A stretch of 64,000 nucleotides of DNA. It comes from Acutalibacteraceae bacterium (GTDB taxonomy: Bacteria > Bacillota > Clostridia > Oscillospirales > Acutalibacteraceae). The notes below the pieces were generated by a model. The model did not search any database. It was not told where the DNA came from and saw nothing but the letters and a program-made list of their open reading frames with translations. The position numbers and the translations under genes are program-made. Positions 58,126 to 64,000 of this stretch are shown here, in pieces. The stretch covers positions 10,105 to 74,104 of the forward strand of contig JAZNKF010000065.1 of assembly GCA_045578425.1 (NCBI GenBank). Reading direction: 5' to 3'. The stretch's first letter is position 1. Each line of letters starts with the position of its first letter.

Positions 58126-59556
58126 CTATTCCTTTGCCAGCTGTTCTAACATACATAATAGCAAGGCACATACTTTTTCGGTCGAAGAAATACTCAACCG
58201 CTCATTTGTAGTGTGTGCGTCCAGAATCGTGGGACCAATAGCAATACAATCCACCCCGTTTATTGCCGAGGAGAATACTGCACATTCTAATCCCGCATGG
58301 ATAGCTTCCACCTTTGGAACGCTTTCAAACAAATGGGTATACGTCTTAATATATAATGCTTGCAATTCGCTGTTTTGTCGGTATTCCCAAGGCGGGTATT
58401 GTCCTCCCACGTTGACCGCCGCGTTCATTTTGGAGAAGAAACAAAGCAGCGTTTTTTCCAGTGCACGCAGTGCCGACACTTTGTTGGAACGCAACGCAAA
58501 TTGGAAATGTACGGTGCTTTCTTTCGTTTGGAGAATCCCTAAATTCAACGAGGTTTGCACCAGCCCTGCTATTTCGGCACTCATTTCCATAATTCCATTC
58601 GGCACACAGGTCAAAATATAGAGCAAGTCTTCTTTTTCTTGCGGTGAAAGCACCGCATATTCCCCTGTACCAAGCATGGTAAAAGAATAGCAAAAATTCG
58701 ATTCGCGATAACCTATCTCCGCTTGAATAACGGACAGGCTGTGCTCCAATGCCGTTTGCAACGCTACCGCATTTTGCGTAACCAACTGCGCTGTTGCGGT
58801 ATGAGGAATCGCGTTGGCTTTATCCCCGCTATCCACCGAAAGGATTTCAAATTCCACCGTTTGCGCTACGTCGTTTAGTAAGCGGCCAAGCAGTTTTGCA
58901 GCATTGACACGGTGTTTATCAATTTCCACACCCGAGTGGCCACCTTTGAGCCCACTGACAATAAGCGAAATACCTTCACCCTGCTTTGTGATTCGCATAA
59001 GCGGTAAGGTTGCCGCAACATCCGAGCCACCCGCACACGAAACCGTGACGGTATCGTCCTCTTCAGAATCCAAATTGATAAGCCTTTTCCCCGAGAGTAA
59101 CGAGGTATCCAGCACCATGGCGCCCAGCATTCCCACCTCTTCATCGGTGGTGAAAACCGCTTCAATCGGCGGATGCGGCAAATCGTTTTGTTCCAAAAAG
59201 GAAAGCACCATCGCCACCGCAATGCCGTTATCCGCGCCAAGGGTCGTGCCATCGGCACGTAAAAAATCACCGTCACGCCGTACGGCGATACCTTCTTTCA
59301 AAAAGTCAATATCACGGTCAGGGGCTTTTTGGCATACCATATCCAAATGTCCTTGCAAAATAACCGGTTTGGTATTTTGACATCCCTTTGAACCCTCTTT
59401 GTAAATAATGACGTTATCTGCTTCATCATGGTGGTAACGTAACCCATTCTTTTTGGCAAACTGCACACAATACTGTGCTATTTGTGCACAGTTCCCCGAG
59501 CCATGCGGTATGCGGCAGATTTCTTCAAAAATTTCCAAAACACGATTGATTCTCAT
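58126..59556 (-). CDS. pepD: Aminoacyl-histidine dipeptidase (PepD, M20C)
   Basis: 476 aa with FEEICRIPHGSGN, LQGHLDMV, LGADNGIAVA and TTDEEVGMLGA, the canonical PepD blocks. Confidence 0.9.
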   Translation of the reverse strand: MRINRVLEIFEEICRIPHGSGNCAQIAQYCVQFAKKNGLRYHHDEADNVIIYKEGSKGCQNTKPVILQGHLDMVCQKAPDRDIDFLKEGIAVRRDGDFLRADGTTLGADNGIAVAMVLSFLEQNDLPHPPIEAVFTTDEEVGMLGAMVLDTSLLSGKRLINLDSEEDDTVTVSCAGGSDVAATLPLMRITKQGEGISLIVSGLKGGHSGVEIDKHRVNAAKLLGRLLNDVAQTVEFEILSVDSGDKANAIPHTATAQLVTQNAVALQTALEHSLSVIQAEIGYRESNFCYSFTMLGTGEYAVLSPQEKEDLLYILTCVPNGIMEMSAEIAGLVQTSLNLGILQTKESTVHFQFALRSNKVSALRALEKTLLCFFSKMNAAVNVGGQYPPWEYRQNSELQALYIKTYTHLFESVPKVEAIHAGLECAVFSSAINGVDCIAIGPTILDAHTTNERLSISSTEKVCALLLCMLEQLAKE

Positions 59557-59623
59557 GCTTGTCCCTCCGCTGATAAGTTGATTATCATTTTAACATAAAA
59601 ACCAAAGTAACGCAATAACAGAC

Positions 59624-59653
59624 TTGCCATATCATCACAAAGAGTGGTATACT
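59624..59653 (+). promoter_or_regulatory. Candidate extended -10 promoter
   Basis: TTGCCA (59624-59629), an 18-nt spacer, then TGgTATACT (59645-59653). Confidence 0.5.
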
Positions 59654-59672
59654 GCTTCTCGGAGATGATAGT

Positions 59673-60605
59673 GTGTTTTACTTGTGGATATTATTGGGCA
59701 TTATTGTAGTGATATTAGCGATAACATATCTTTGTTTTCGGTTGACATTTTATGTTTCGCCACGCCAAAAACGCGAAGCAAAAGACCTTCCCCAAGGTGA
59801 AATATATGAACCGTTTCGACAACAAATCGAAAACTGGGCAAAGCAAAGCGATGAGATGCCGCACACGGAATTTTCTATCACCTCCTTTGACGGATTACAT
59901 CTGTACGGCAAGTATTACGAATATCAAAAAGGCGCACCCATTGAGCTTATGTTCCACGGTTACCGCGGCACGGCGCGCCGCGATTTATCGGGCGGCGTAC
60001 AACGTTGTTTCAAACTCGGCCGCAACGCCTTGATTGTTGACCAGCGTGGCAGTGGAAAAAGTGGCGGCAACGTCATCACCTTTGGTATTCGTGAGCACCA
60101 AGATTGCCTGCGTTGGGTGGATTTTGTGGTGAATCATTTTGGTGACGATGTAAAGATTATCCTAACCGGTATTTCCATGGGCGCCTCCACCGTGTTGATG
60201 GCGGCAGGAAAGCCGTTACCCAAAAACGTCATCGGTGTGTTGGCAGATTGTGGATATACCAGTCCCCGAGATATTATCAAAAAAGTTATCAAACAAATCG
60301 GCTTACCCCCTGCCCTGTGCTATTGTTTTGTAAAACTTGGTGCGCGGATATTTGGTGGTTTTAATTTGGAAGAAACCTCACCCATTCAAGCGCTCAAGAA
60401 CTGCGCTGTTCCCGTCATATTCTTCCACGGCAAAGTCGACGATTTTGTACCGTGCGAAATGAGCCAAAAAAATTACGACGCCTGTTCTTGCAAAAAGAAA
60501 CTCGTAACCGTTGAAGGCGCCGGTCACGGTCTTTGCTATCCCGTTGACCCCGAAACCTATTTGGCGGCTCTTACAGAGTTTTTTGAAGAAGAAACGGTTT
60601 GTTAA
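59673..60605 (+). CDS. Alpha/beta-fold hydrolase with N-terminal membrane anchor
   Basis: GTG 59673 lies 7 nt after GGAGA. It has the GISMGAS nucleophile elbow, and late D and H residues (FFHGKVDDFV, GAGHG). Confidence 0.85.
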   Translation: MFYLWILLGIIVVILAITYLCFRLTFYVSPRQKREAKDLPQGEIYEPFRQQIENWAKQSDEMPHTEFSITSFDGLHLYGKYYEYQKGAPIELMFHGYRGTARRDLSGGVQRCFKLGRNALIVDQRGSGKSGGNVITFGIREHQDCLRWVDFVVNHFGDDVKIILTGISMGASTVLMAAGKPLPKNVIGVLADCGYTSPRDIIKKVIKQIGLPPALCYCFVKLGARIFGGFNLEETSPIQALKNCAVPVIFFHGKVDDFVPCEMSQKNYDACSCKKKLVTVEGAGHGLCYPVDPETYLAALTEFFEEETVC

Positions 60606-60650
60606 AAAATAAGAAAGCACCTATCGTTTAAATGACGGTAGGTGCTTTCT
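60606..60650 (-). terminator. Intrinsic terminator (best for the minus-strand lipoprotein gene; the hairpin also follows the plus-strand hydrolase gene)
   Basis: A 16-bp stem at 60612-60627 / 60635-60650 (one G-T pair). A clean T-run follows only on the minus strand. Confidence 0.6.
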
Positions 60651-60669
60651 TCATAAATGAAGCATCATC

Positions 60670-61482
60670 TTATTGTGCTACTTCTAACAATTTTTTGCTT
60701 ACTCTTGCTTGCACATCAATATAATAGGCAAGTTCAGCAGCATTCATATCGTTATTATCCCATTTTTCAAAATCTGAAACTACTTTTGAATAATTACTCA
60801 TATATTCTGCGTATTCACCAAGAAGACTTAAATCCCCCGGATTGGAACGATATTTTTTCATAAAAGCGACATACTCATCCATAAATTTTTCATAACTATC
60901 CATAGCTTTTTTAAAGTCCAAGTCCAATCCATTTTCGCTTTTGGTTGTCGTTGTAGTTTCGTTTAAGATTGTCGCCGTTTTAGTAGTCGTTGTTGTTTTA
61001 GTTGTTGTGGTAGTAGAAGAAGTTGTTTTCTCCTCCTCTGTTATATCGTTTTCCGTTTTGTCTTCCTTAGGAATTTCTTGGCTATTGGATGTTTTTTTGA
61101 AATATAGTTTATCACCATAGTAATCAAAACAAAGTTTGCCATCAACAACGGTACACTTTTCACCGTCGATCATAATATTTTCGTCTGCTTTCAGCCAATT
61201 TACCAAATCTCCATAGCCGTCTTCGTAAAGATACGCTTTTCCGCCATCTTTTAAAATAATACAATAGTCACTTAAATCTTCGTATTCTACAGTATTCCAC
61301 TCTTCAACAGAAAATTTTGATCCCTCACACTCAATAAAATCCACTTTCCATGTGCCTGATAAATCATCCGTTACGAGAGTGGTAGTTGCAGATGAAGGTG
61401 ACAGTTCTCCCCCTTCTTTACCACAAGCTGTCAACAATAACGCTGACATAATTATAGAGCATAATAGCATTATTCTTTTCAT
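60670..61482 (-). CDS. Lipoprotein with central Thr-rich linker, unknown function
   Basis: 270 aa. The lipobox LLTAC is followed by an N-terminal globular domain, a TTTTTKTTTTTKT linker and a C-terminal helical domain. Confidence 0.7.
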   Translation of the reverse strand: MKRIMLLCSIIMSALLLTACGKEGGELSPSSATTTLVTDDLSGTWKVDFIECEGSKFSVEEWNTVEYEDLSDYCIILKDGGKAYLYEDGYGDLVNWLKADENIMIDGEKCTVVDGKLCFDYYGDKLYFKKTSNSQEIPKEDKTENDITEEEKTTSSTTTTTKTTTTTKTATILNETTTTTKSENGLDLDFKKAMDSYEKFMDEYVAFMKKYRSNPGDLSLLGEYAEYMSNYSKVVSDFEKWDNNDMNAAELAYYIDVQARVSKKLLEVAQ

Positions 61483-61563
61483 AAAATCTCCTCCTTCTAT
61501 GTTATGGATTATAACATATATTTATAACATTTGTCAAGGCATAATATTGGTGAGGTGATTTAT

Positions 61564-61752
61564 GTGGAAGAAAAACTCATCATCAATAAAAAGTCTCTAA
61601 AAGGCGAAGACGGATATAAAACTTTTTCTATTCGTATTAAAGACGAAACGGTTGCTAATTTAGACAAGTTATCCATCCAAACGAATCGTTCGCGCAATGA
61701 ATTGATAAACATTCTACTCGATTTTGCCATTAAGAACAGCGAAGTAAAGTAA
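61564..61752 (+). CDS. Ribbon-helix-helix (CopG/Arc-like) small DNA-binding protein
   Basis: GTG 61564 follows GGTGAGGTG. TFSIRIKDETVANLDKLSIQTNRSRNELINILLDFAI fits the beta-alpha-alpha RHH pattern. No partner toxin ORF follows. Confidence 0.55.
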   Translation: MEEKLIINKKSLKGEDGYKTFSIRIKDETVANLDKLSIQTNRSRNELINILLDFAIKNSEVK

Positions 61753-61797
61753 AAAACCGCATCTGCCGCCCATTGGGGACGGCAGCTGCGGTTTTTA
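61749..61797. terminator. Bidirectional intrinsic terminator
   Basis: Stem AACCGCATCTGCCG (61755-61768) pairs with CGGCAGCTGCGGTT (61780-61793) with one mismatch, A6 upstream and T5 downstream. Confidence 0.7.
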
Positions 61798-62460
61798 CCA
61801 AACATACGGAATTAAACGATATTTCACATTTTGCATATATTCTTCATATCCTGCCAGTTCCTTTTTCAAAAACACCTCTTCTTCTTTGATGCGCTTAGCA
61901 ATAATAAACGGGTAAAAGAGAAAAATCACAAACGCGTACAGAGAACCCAAAATAAGCGGCATTGATAAAAATAACAGCAGCGTTGCGCTGTACATGGGAT
62001 GCCGCACCACACGGTATAGACCTGTATCAATCACTTTTTGGTTTTCTTGTACCGCAATGGTACGGCTCAAATACGTGTTTTCCCGCAACACTTCGGCATA
62101 CAAAAAATATGCAAACAAAAACAATACGGCAGCAACCACAACAACCGCTTTGGGCAAGGTGTACCAAGAAAAACGGTGTCCCAATCCCGCCACAACAAAC
62201 CCTGCCACAAACATAAGCCCGCTCAATTTGACAACCAATTGTTGTTCCTTTTGTTTTTCTTTGGCATCCAATCGTTTTTGAAGTAACTGTGGATTTTTAA
62301 GCAGCATGATAAGTCCTGCCGCAAACATTGGCACAAACAAAATTGCCATCAACAACCAACCGTTAAAAAACAAAAGTGTGCCCGCAGGCAAAAACAGTAA
62401 CGCACCGACCAAAATAACACCTAATAAAAACTTGGTAATTGCTTGTACAAATAATTTCAT
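61795..62460 (-). CDS. Isoprenylcysteine carboxyl methyltransferase (ICMT)/phospholipid methyltransferase family membrane protein
   Basis: 221 aa with 5-6 TM helices and the LIDTGLYRVVRHPMYSATLLLFLSMPLILGS signature. Confidence 0.85.
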   Translation of the reverse strand: MKLFVQAITKFLLGVILVGALLFLPAGTLLFFNGWLLMAILFVPMFAAGLIMLLKNPQLLQKRLDAKEKQKEQQLVVKLSGLMFVAGFVVAGLGHRFSWYTLPKAVVVVAAVLFLFAYFLYAEVLRENTYLSRTIAVQENQKVIDTGLYRVVRHPMYSATLLLFLSMPLILGSLYAFVIFLFYPFIIAKRIKEEEVFLKKELAGYEEYMQNVKYRLIPYVW

Positions 62461-62489
62461 GGTTACTGCTGTGCCCCCTTTGCTTTGAA

Positions 62490-62816
62490 TTACAAAAGTT
62501 CTTTTAATTCATCAAGAAACGCTTCTTCGCCCCAGGTATTCATCTTAAAGAAAAGGGCTTGACTTCCCCCTGTGGCAATGGCAGACAACCGAATAGGGTC
62601 GTTCCCGTTTTGAAAAAGAACCACGCTTAAACTTACACGATTTCCACCTGTATAGCTGTATCGTTCAAACACACGAACACTGCAACGGGCATCACCGTTT
62701 ATGAAATCGCTTGATTCCTCAAGAGATGCAGAAAAGCTTCCCCCTACAATGCCTTCTTCTATTTTGCTAATCCATTGATTAAAATCGCCATTTAACGTTC
62801 GTTCTAATTTTGCCAT
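62490..62816 (-). CDS. Small conserved hypothetical protein (resembles what I recall as DUF6054)
   Basis: 108 aa, soluble. The family recollection is not verified. Confidence 0.55.
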   Translation of the reverse strand: MAKLERTLNGDFNQWISKIEEGIVGGSFSASLEESSDFINGDARCSVRVFERYSYTGGNRVSLSVVLFQNGNDPIRLSAIATGGSQALFFKMNTWGEEAFLDELKELL

Positions 62817-62874
62817 TATATTTTTATTCCTTTCTTAATCAACACTTGAATAATATTCGATTTCTATAAATTTT

Positions 62875-62903
62875 ATTGTATCATATATAGTTTCAACAAT
62901 CAA
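62875..62903 (-). promoter_or_regulatory. Candidate promoter for the 108-aa gene
   Basis: Read on the minus strand: TTGATT (62903-62898), a 17-nt spacer, then TACAAT (62880-62875). Confidence 0.5.
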
Positions 62904-62924
62904 TTTTTATCTTTGAATTTGGAA

Positions 62925-62948
62925 CAAAAAAGCAAGGCGATGCCTTGC
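62925..62948 (-). terminator. Short hairpin with T-run on the minus strand (possible insulator terminator)
   Basis: Stem GCAAGGC (62932-62938) pairs with GCCTTGC (62942-62948), and the A7 on plus gives T7 after the stem on minus. The stem is only 7 bp and overlaps a plus-strand -35 candidate. Confidence 0.35.
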
Positions 62949-63191
62949 GAAATAACTATTCATTATTTACTATTATAGGAAAAAAAGTAGTTCGGTTACG
63001 CAAGAGTCCAATGTCGAAACCCTGGACAGTACGCCCGAAGCGGGACTTGCTTCTCCCGAAACTACTAACAGTAAAGTATCACAAGAAAAACCTATTGTCA
63101 ATACTTACAGTCACGCTCTGTTTTTTGAAAGGGTTGTACAAATTTTATGCCTTTTGATTTTTGACCTATGTGTTCGAACCCCTACATATTT

Positions 63192-63362
63192 AGTGATATT
63201 GTGCCTACGGCACAGTGATATTTTCGCGTTGCGAAAGTGATATTGAAACCTACGGTTTCAGTGATATTATATTCGCCATAAAACTGGGCGAATATAATAT
63301 CACTCGGCTTTAGCCGAATATCACTGCAAAGCAATATAACTCGCCATAAGGCAAATATAACT
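63192..63362. repeat. Symmetric nested array: AGTGATATT x4 direct, then its reverse complement x4, with a mini-hairpin in each spacer
   Basis: Direct copies start at 63192, 63214, 63236 and 63260. AATATCACT starts at 63296 and 63317, and AATATAACT (1 mismatch) at 63333 and 63354. Spacer hairpins lie at 63201-63213, 63223-63235, 63245-63259, 63305-63316 and 63343-63352. A central perfect 18-bp stem pairs 63260-63277 with 63287-63304. Confidence 0.9.
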
Positions 63363-63363
63363 G

Positions 63364-63396
63364 AAAAAGCACTTGCTATTGCAAGTGCTTTTTTCT
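63364..63396. terminator. Bidirectional intrinsic terminator
   Basis: Stem AGCACTTGC (63368-63376) pairs with GCAAGTGCT (63381-63389), with A5 upstream and T6 downstream. Confidence 0.7.
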
Positions 63397-63460
63397 TGGC
63401 TGTTCCGAACTATTTAGATGCCACTTTGTTCTTTAAAAAATCAATACGAAAAATTACAAT

Positions 63461-64000
63461 TTATATTTCCTTCCAATCCGTGCGTTTAATCAGTTGCTCT
63501 GTAATTAACGAATTAATTTGTTTATTGAATTCATCCTTGTCAACTTCTGTTCCATCTATTTCATAATATGGACACGGTTCTGTACTGTCTGAATAAATCA
63601 ATTCATCTCGTGCAAATAGGTTAGAAATATTCTCCGTTTCACCATTTGACTTATAACGGAAAAGCTTATAGCTTCGCGTGCCTGAATAATCATATTGCCG
63701 TACCATTATTCCATTACAAAGCGGATAATCACGACAACTTCCTTCCACAGAATCGCTGTTCCAACAGAGCATCTGTTCGCCGTCAAAATGAAATACACCA
63801 TTATAACCACACGGGTTATCTTGCAATTGAACAAGCAGTTCTACCGCGCCATCTCCATCCAAATCCAAATAGGTGTATTCATACTCTAATACAGTATCTT
63901 GAAAGTCAGGAATGTACCACTTTTCCTCCCATCCATCAGACAAGAATGTTTTATCTCCTGACAAGAAAGTGGAATAAGCTTCTATAACAGAATCATTTAG
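63461..64000 (-). CDS. Hypothetical protein, 5' end beyond the window
   Basis: The reading frame stays open upstream of the track's TTG (63964) to position 64000 (LNDSVIEAYSTF...). It contains a DLDGDGAVELLV Ca-binding/FG-GAP-like motif. I recognise no family. Confidence 0.55.
   Translation of the reverse strand, partial: LNDSVIEAYSTFLSGDKTFLSDGWEEKWYIPDFQDTVLEYEYTYLDLDGDGAVELLVQLQDNPCGYNGVFHFDGEQMLCWNSDSVEGSCRDYPLCNGIMVRQYDYSGTRSYKLFRYKSNGETENISNLFARDELIYSDSTEPCPYYEIDGTEVDKDEFNKQINSLITEQLIKRTDWKEI

Larger units (their letters stand above)
62980..63396 (+). ncRNA. Candidate ~415-nt structured non-coding RNA of unknown class
   Basis: Plus-strand promoter TTGCGA (62945-62950)-17 nt-TACTAT (62968-62973). 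A 5' three-way-junction fold spans 62986-63066, the 9-mer/hairpin ladder spans 63192-63362, and an intrinsic terminator lies at 63368-63395. No credible ORF or RBS. Strand and ends are inferred. Confidence 0.3.

Noticed and set aside
61564-61752. The RHH protein as the antitoxin of a type II toxin-antitoxin pair.
   Set aside because: No toxin-sized ORF follows or precedes it on the same strand. The gene is followed directly by a terminator and a convergent ICMT-family gene.
62945-63157. A 70-aa ORF inside the candidate ncRNA region.
   Set aside because: It has no Shine-Dalgarno sequence, a TTG start inside a promoter-like -35 element, and a basic low-complexity composition. The region is better explained as non-coding.
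63168-63190. T-loop-like GTTCGAACCCC (63172-63182), suggesting a tRNA, a tmRNA 3' end or a tRNA-derived att site.
   Set aside because: The flanking bases do not form a T-stem or acceptor stem, no cloverleaf can be drawn, and no integrase is nearby.
63192-63362. Possibility that the 9-mer array is a CRISPR array or a type III toxin-antitoxin RNA repeat.
   Set aside because: CRISPR repeats are 20 nt or longer with unique, non-palindromic spacers and usually have nearby cas genes. Here the repeat is 9 nt, half the copies are inverted and the spacers are self-complementary. Type III antitoxin repeats are direct ~36-nt units immediately upstream of a toxin gene on the same strand, which is not the layout here.
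62980-63396. Identity with RNase P RNA, tmRNA, 6S RNA, a T-box or a known riboswitch.
   Set aside because: The universally conserved RNase P blocks, the tmRNA tag ORF and CCA-end acceptor, and the T-box or riboswitch core consensus sequences that I know are absent. There is also no downstream plus-strand gene for a cis-regulator. An Rfam scan is still needed.
1-64000. A prophage, an integrative element or an anti-phage defence island.
   Set aside because: No integrase, recombinase, transposase, phage structural gene, restriction-modification, nuclease/helicase-type defence gene or tRNA attachment site was recognised on either strand.

Overview
The gene content and strong GGAGG-type ribosome-binding sites suggest a low-to-mid GC Firmicute, probably a Clostridia-class gut anaerobe; this is inference. 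I found no rRNA, tRNA, CRISPR array, transposase or integrase. The window has four parts. (1) 1-19 kb holds housekeeping and accessory genes: a P-type-ATPase-like gene cut by the window edge, rlmB, an SDR, an M23 peptidase, a lipid acyltransferase/PAP2 pair, a sigma factor, a two-subunit Fe-S hydro-lyase translationally coupled to a GH36 alpha-galactosidase, and a DeoR-linked glycerol-1-phosphate-dehydrogenase-like/HAD pair. (2) 18.2-23.4 kb is an AraC-flanked five-gene operon: two tandem paralogs of unknown function, an ASRT-family protein, a phosphotriesterase-family hydrolase and an M24 peptidase. (3) 23.7-53.0 kb (about 29 kb) holds two convergent surface-glycan loci that meet at one bidirectional terminator. 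The plus-strand locus carries WbaP-like, WbuB-like, FnlABC (UDP-L-FucNAc), an O-acyltransferase, TagF-like, an IspD-like cytidylyltransferase plus SDR, a Wzy/ligase-like protein and Wzx. The minus-strand locus carries 4 glycosyltransferases, Wzy-like, RfbABCD (dTDP-L-rhamnose), Wzx, GNAT, two ATP-grasp ligases, an orphan TRAP DctM-like permease and a DegT aminotransferase. (4) 53-64 kb holds transport and peptidase genes (AGCS symporter, OPT transporter coupled to a PqqD-like protein, PepD) and small accessory genes. It ends in a 640-bp non-coding gap with a promoter-to-terminator candidate ncRNA, which contains a symmetric nested ladder of a 9-mer with a mini-hairpin in every spacer. The observations most worth a second look are that ladder/ncRNA, the ATP-grasp/TRAP/aminotransferase module inside the rhamnose locus, the AraC operon, and an exact palindromic 15-mer shared by the promoter regions of both glycan loci. 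All functional calls come from by-eye motif and family recognition; no database search was run.
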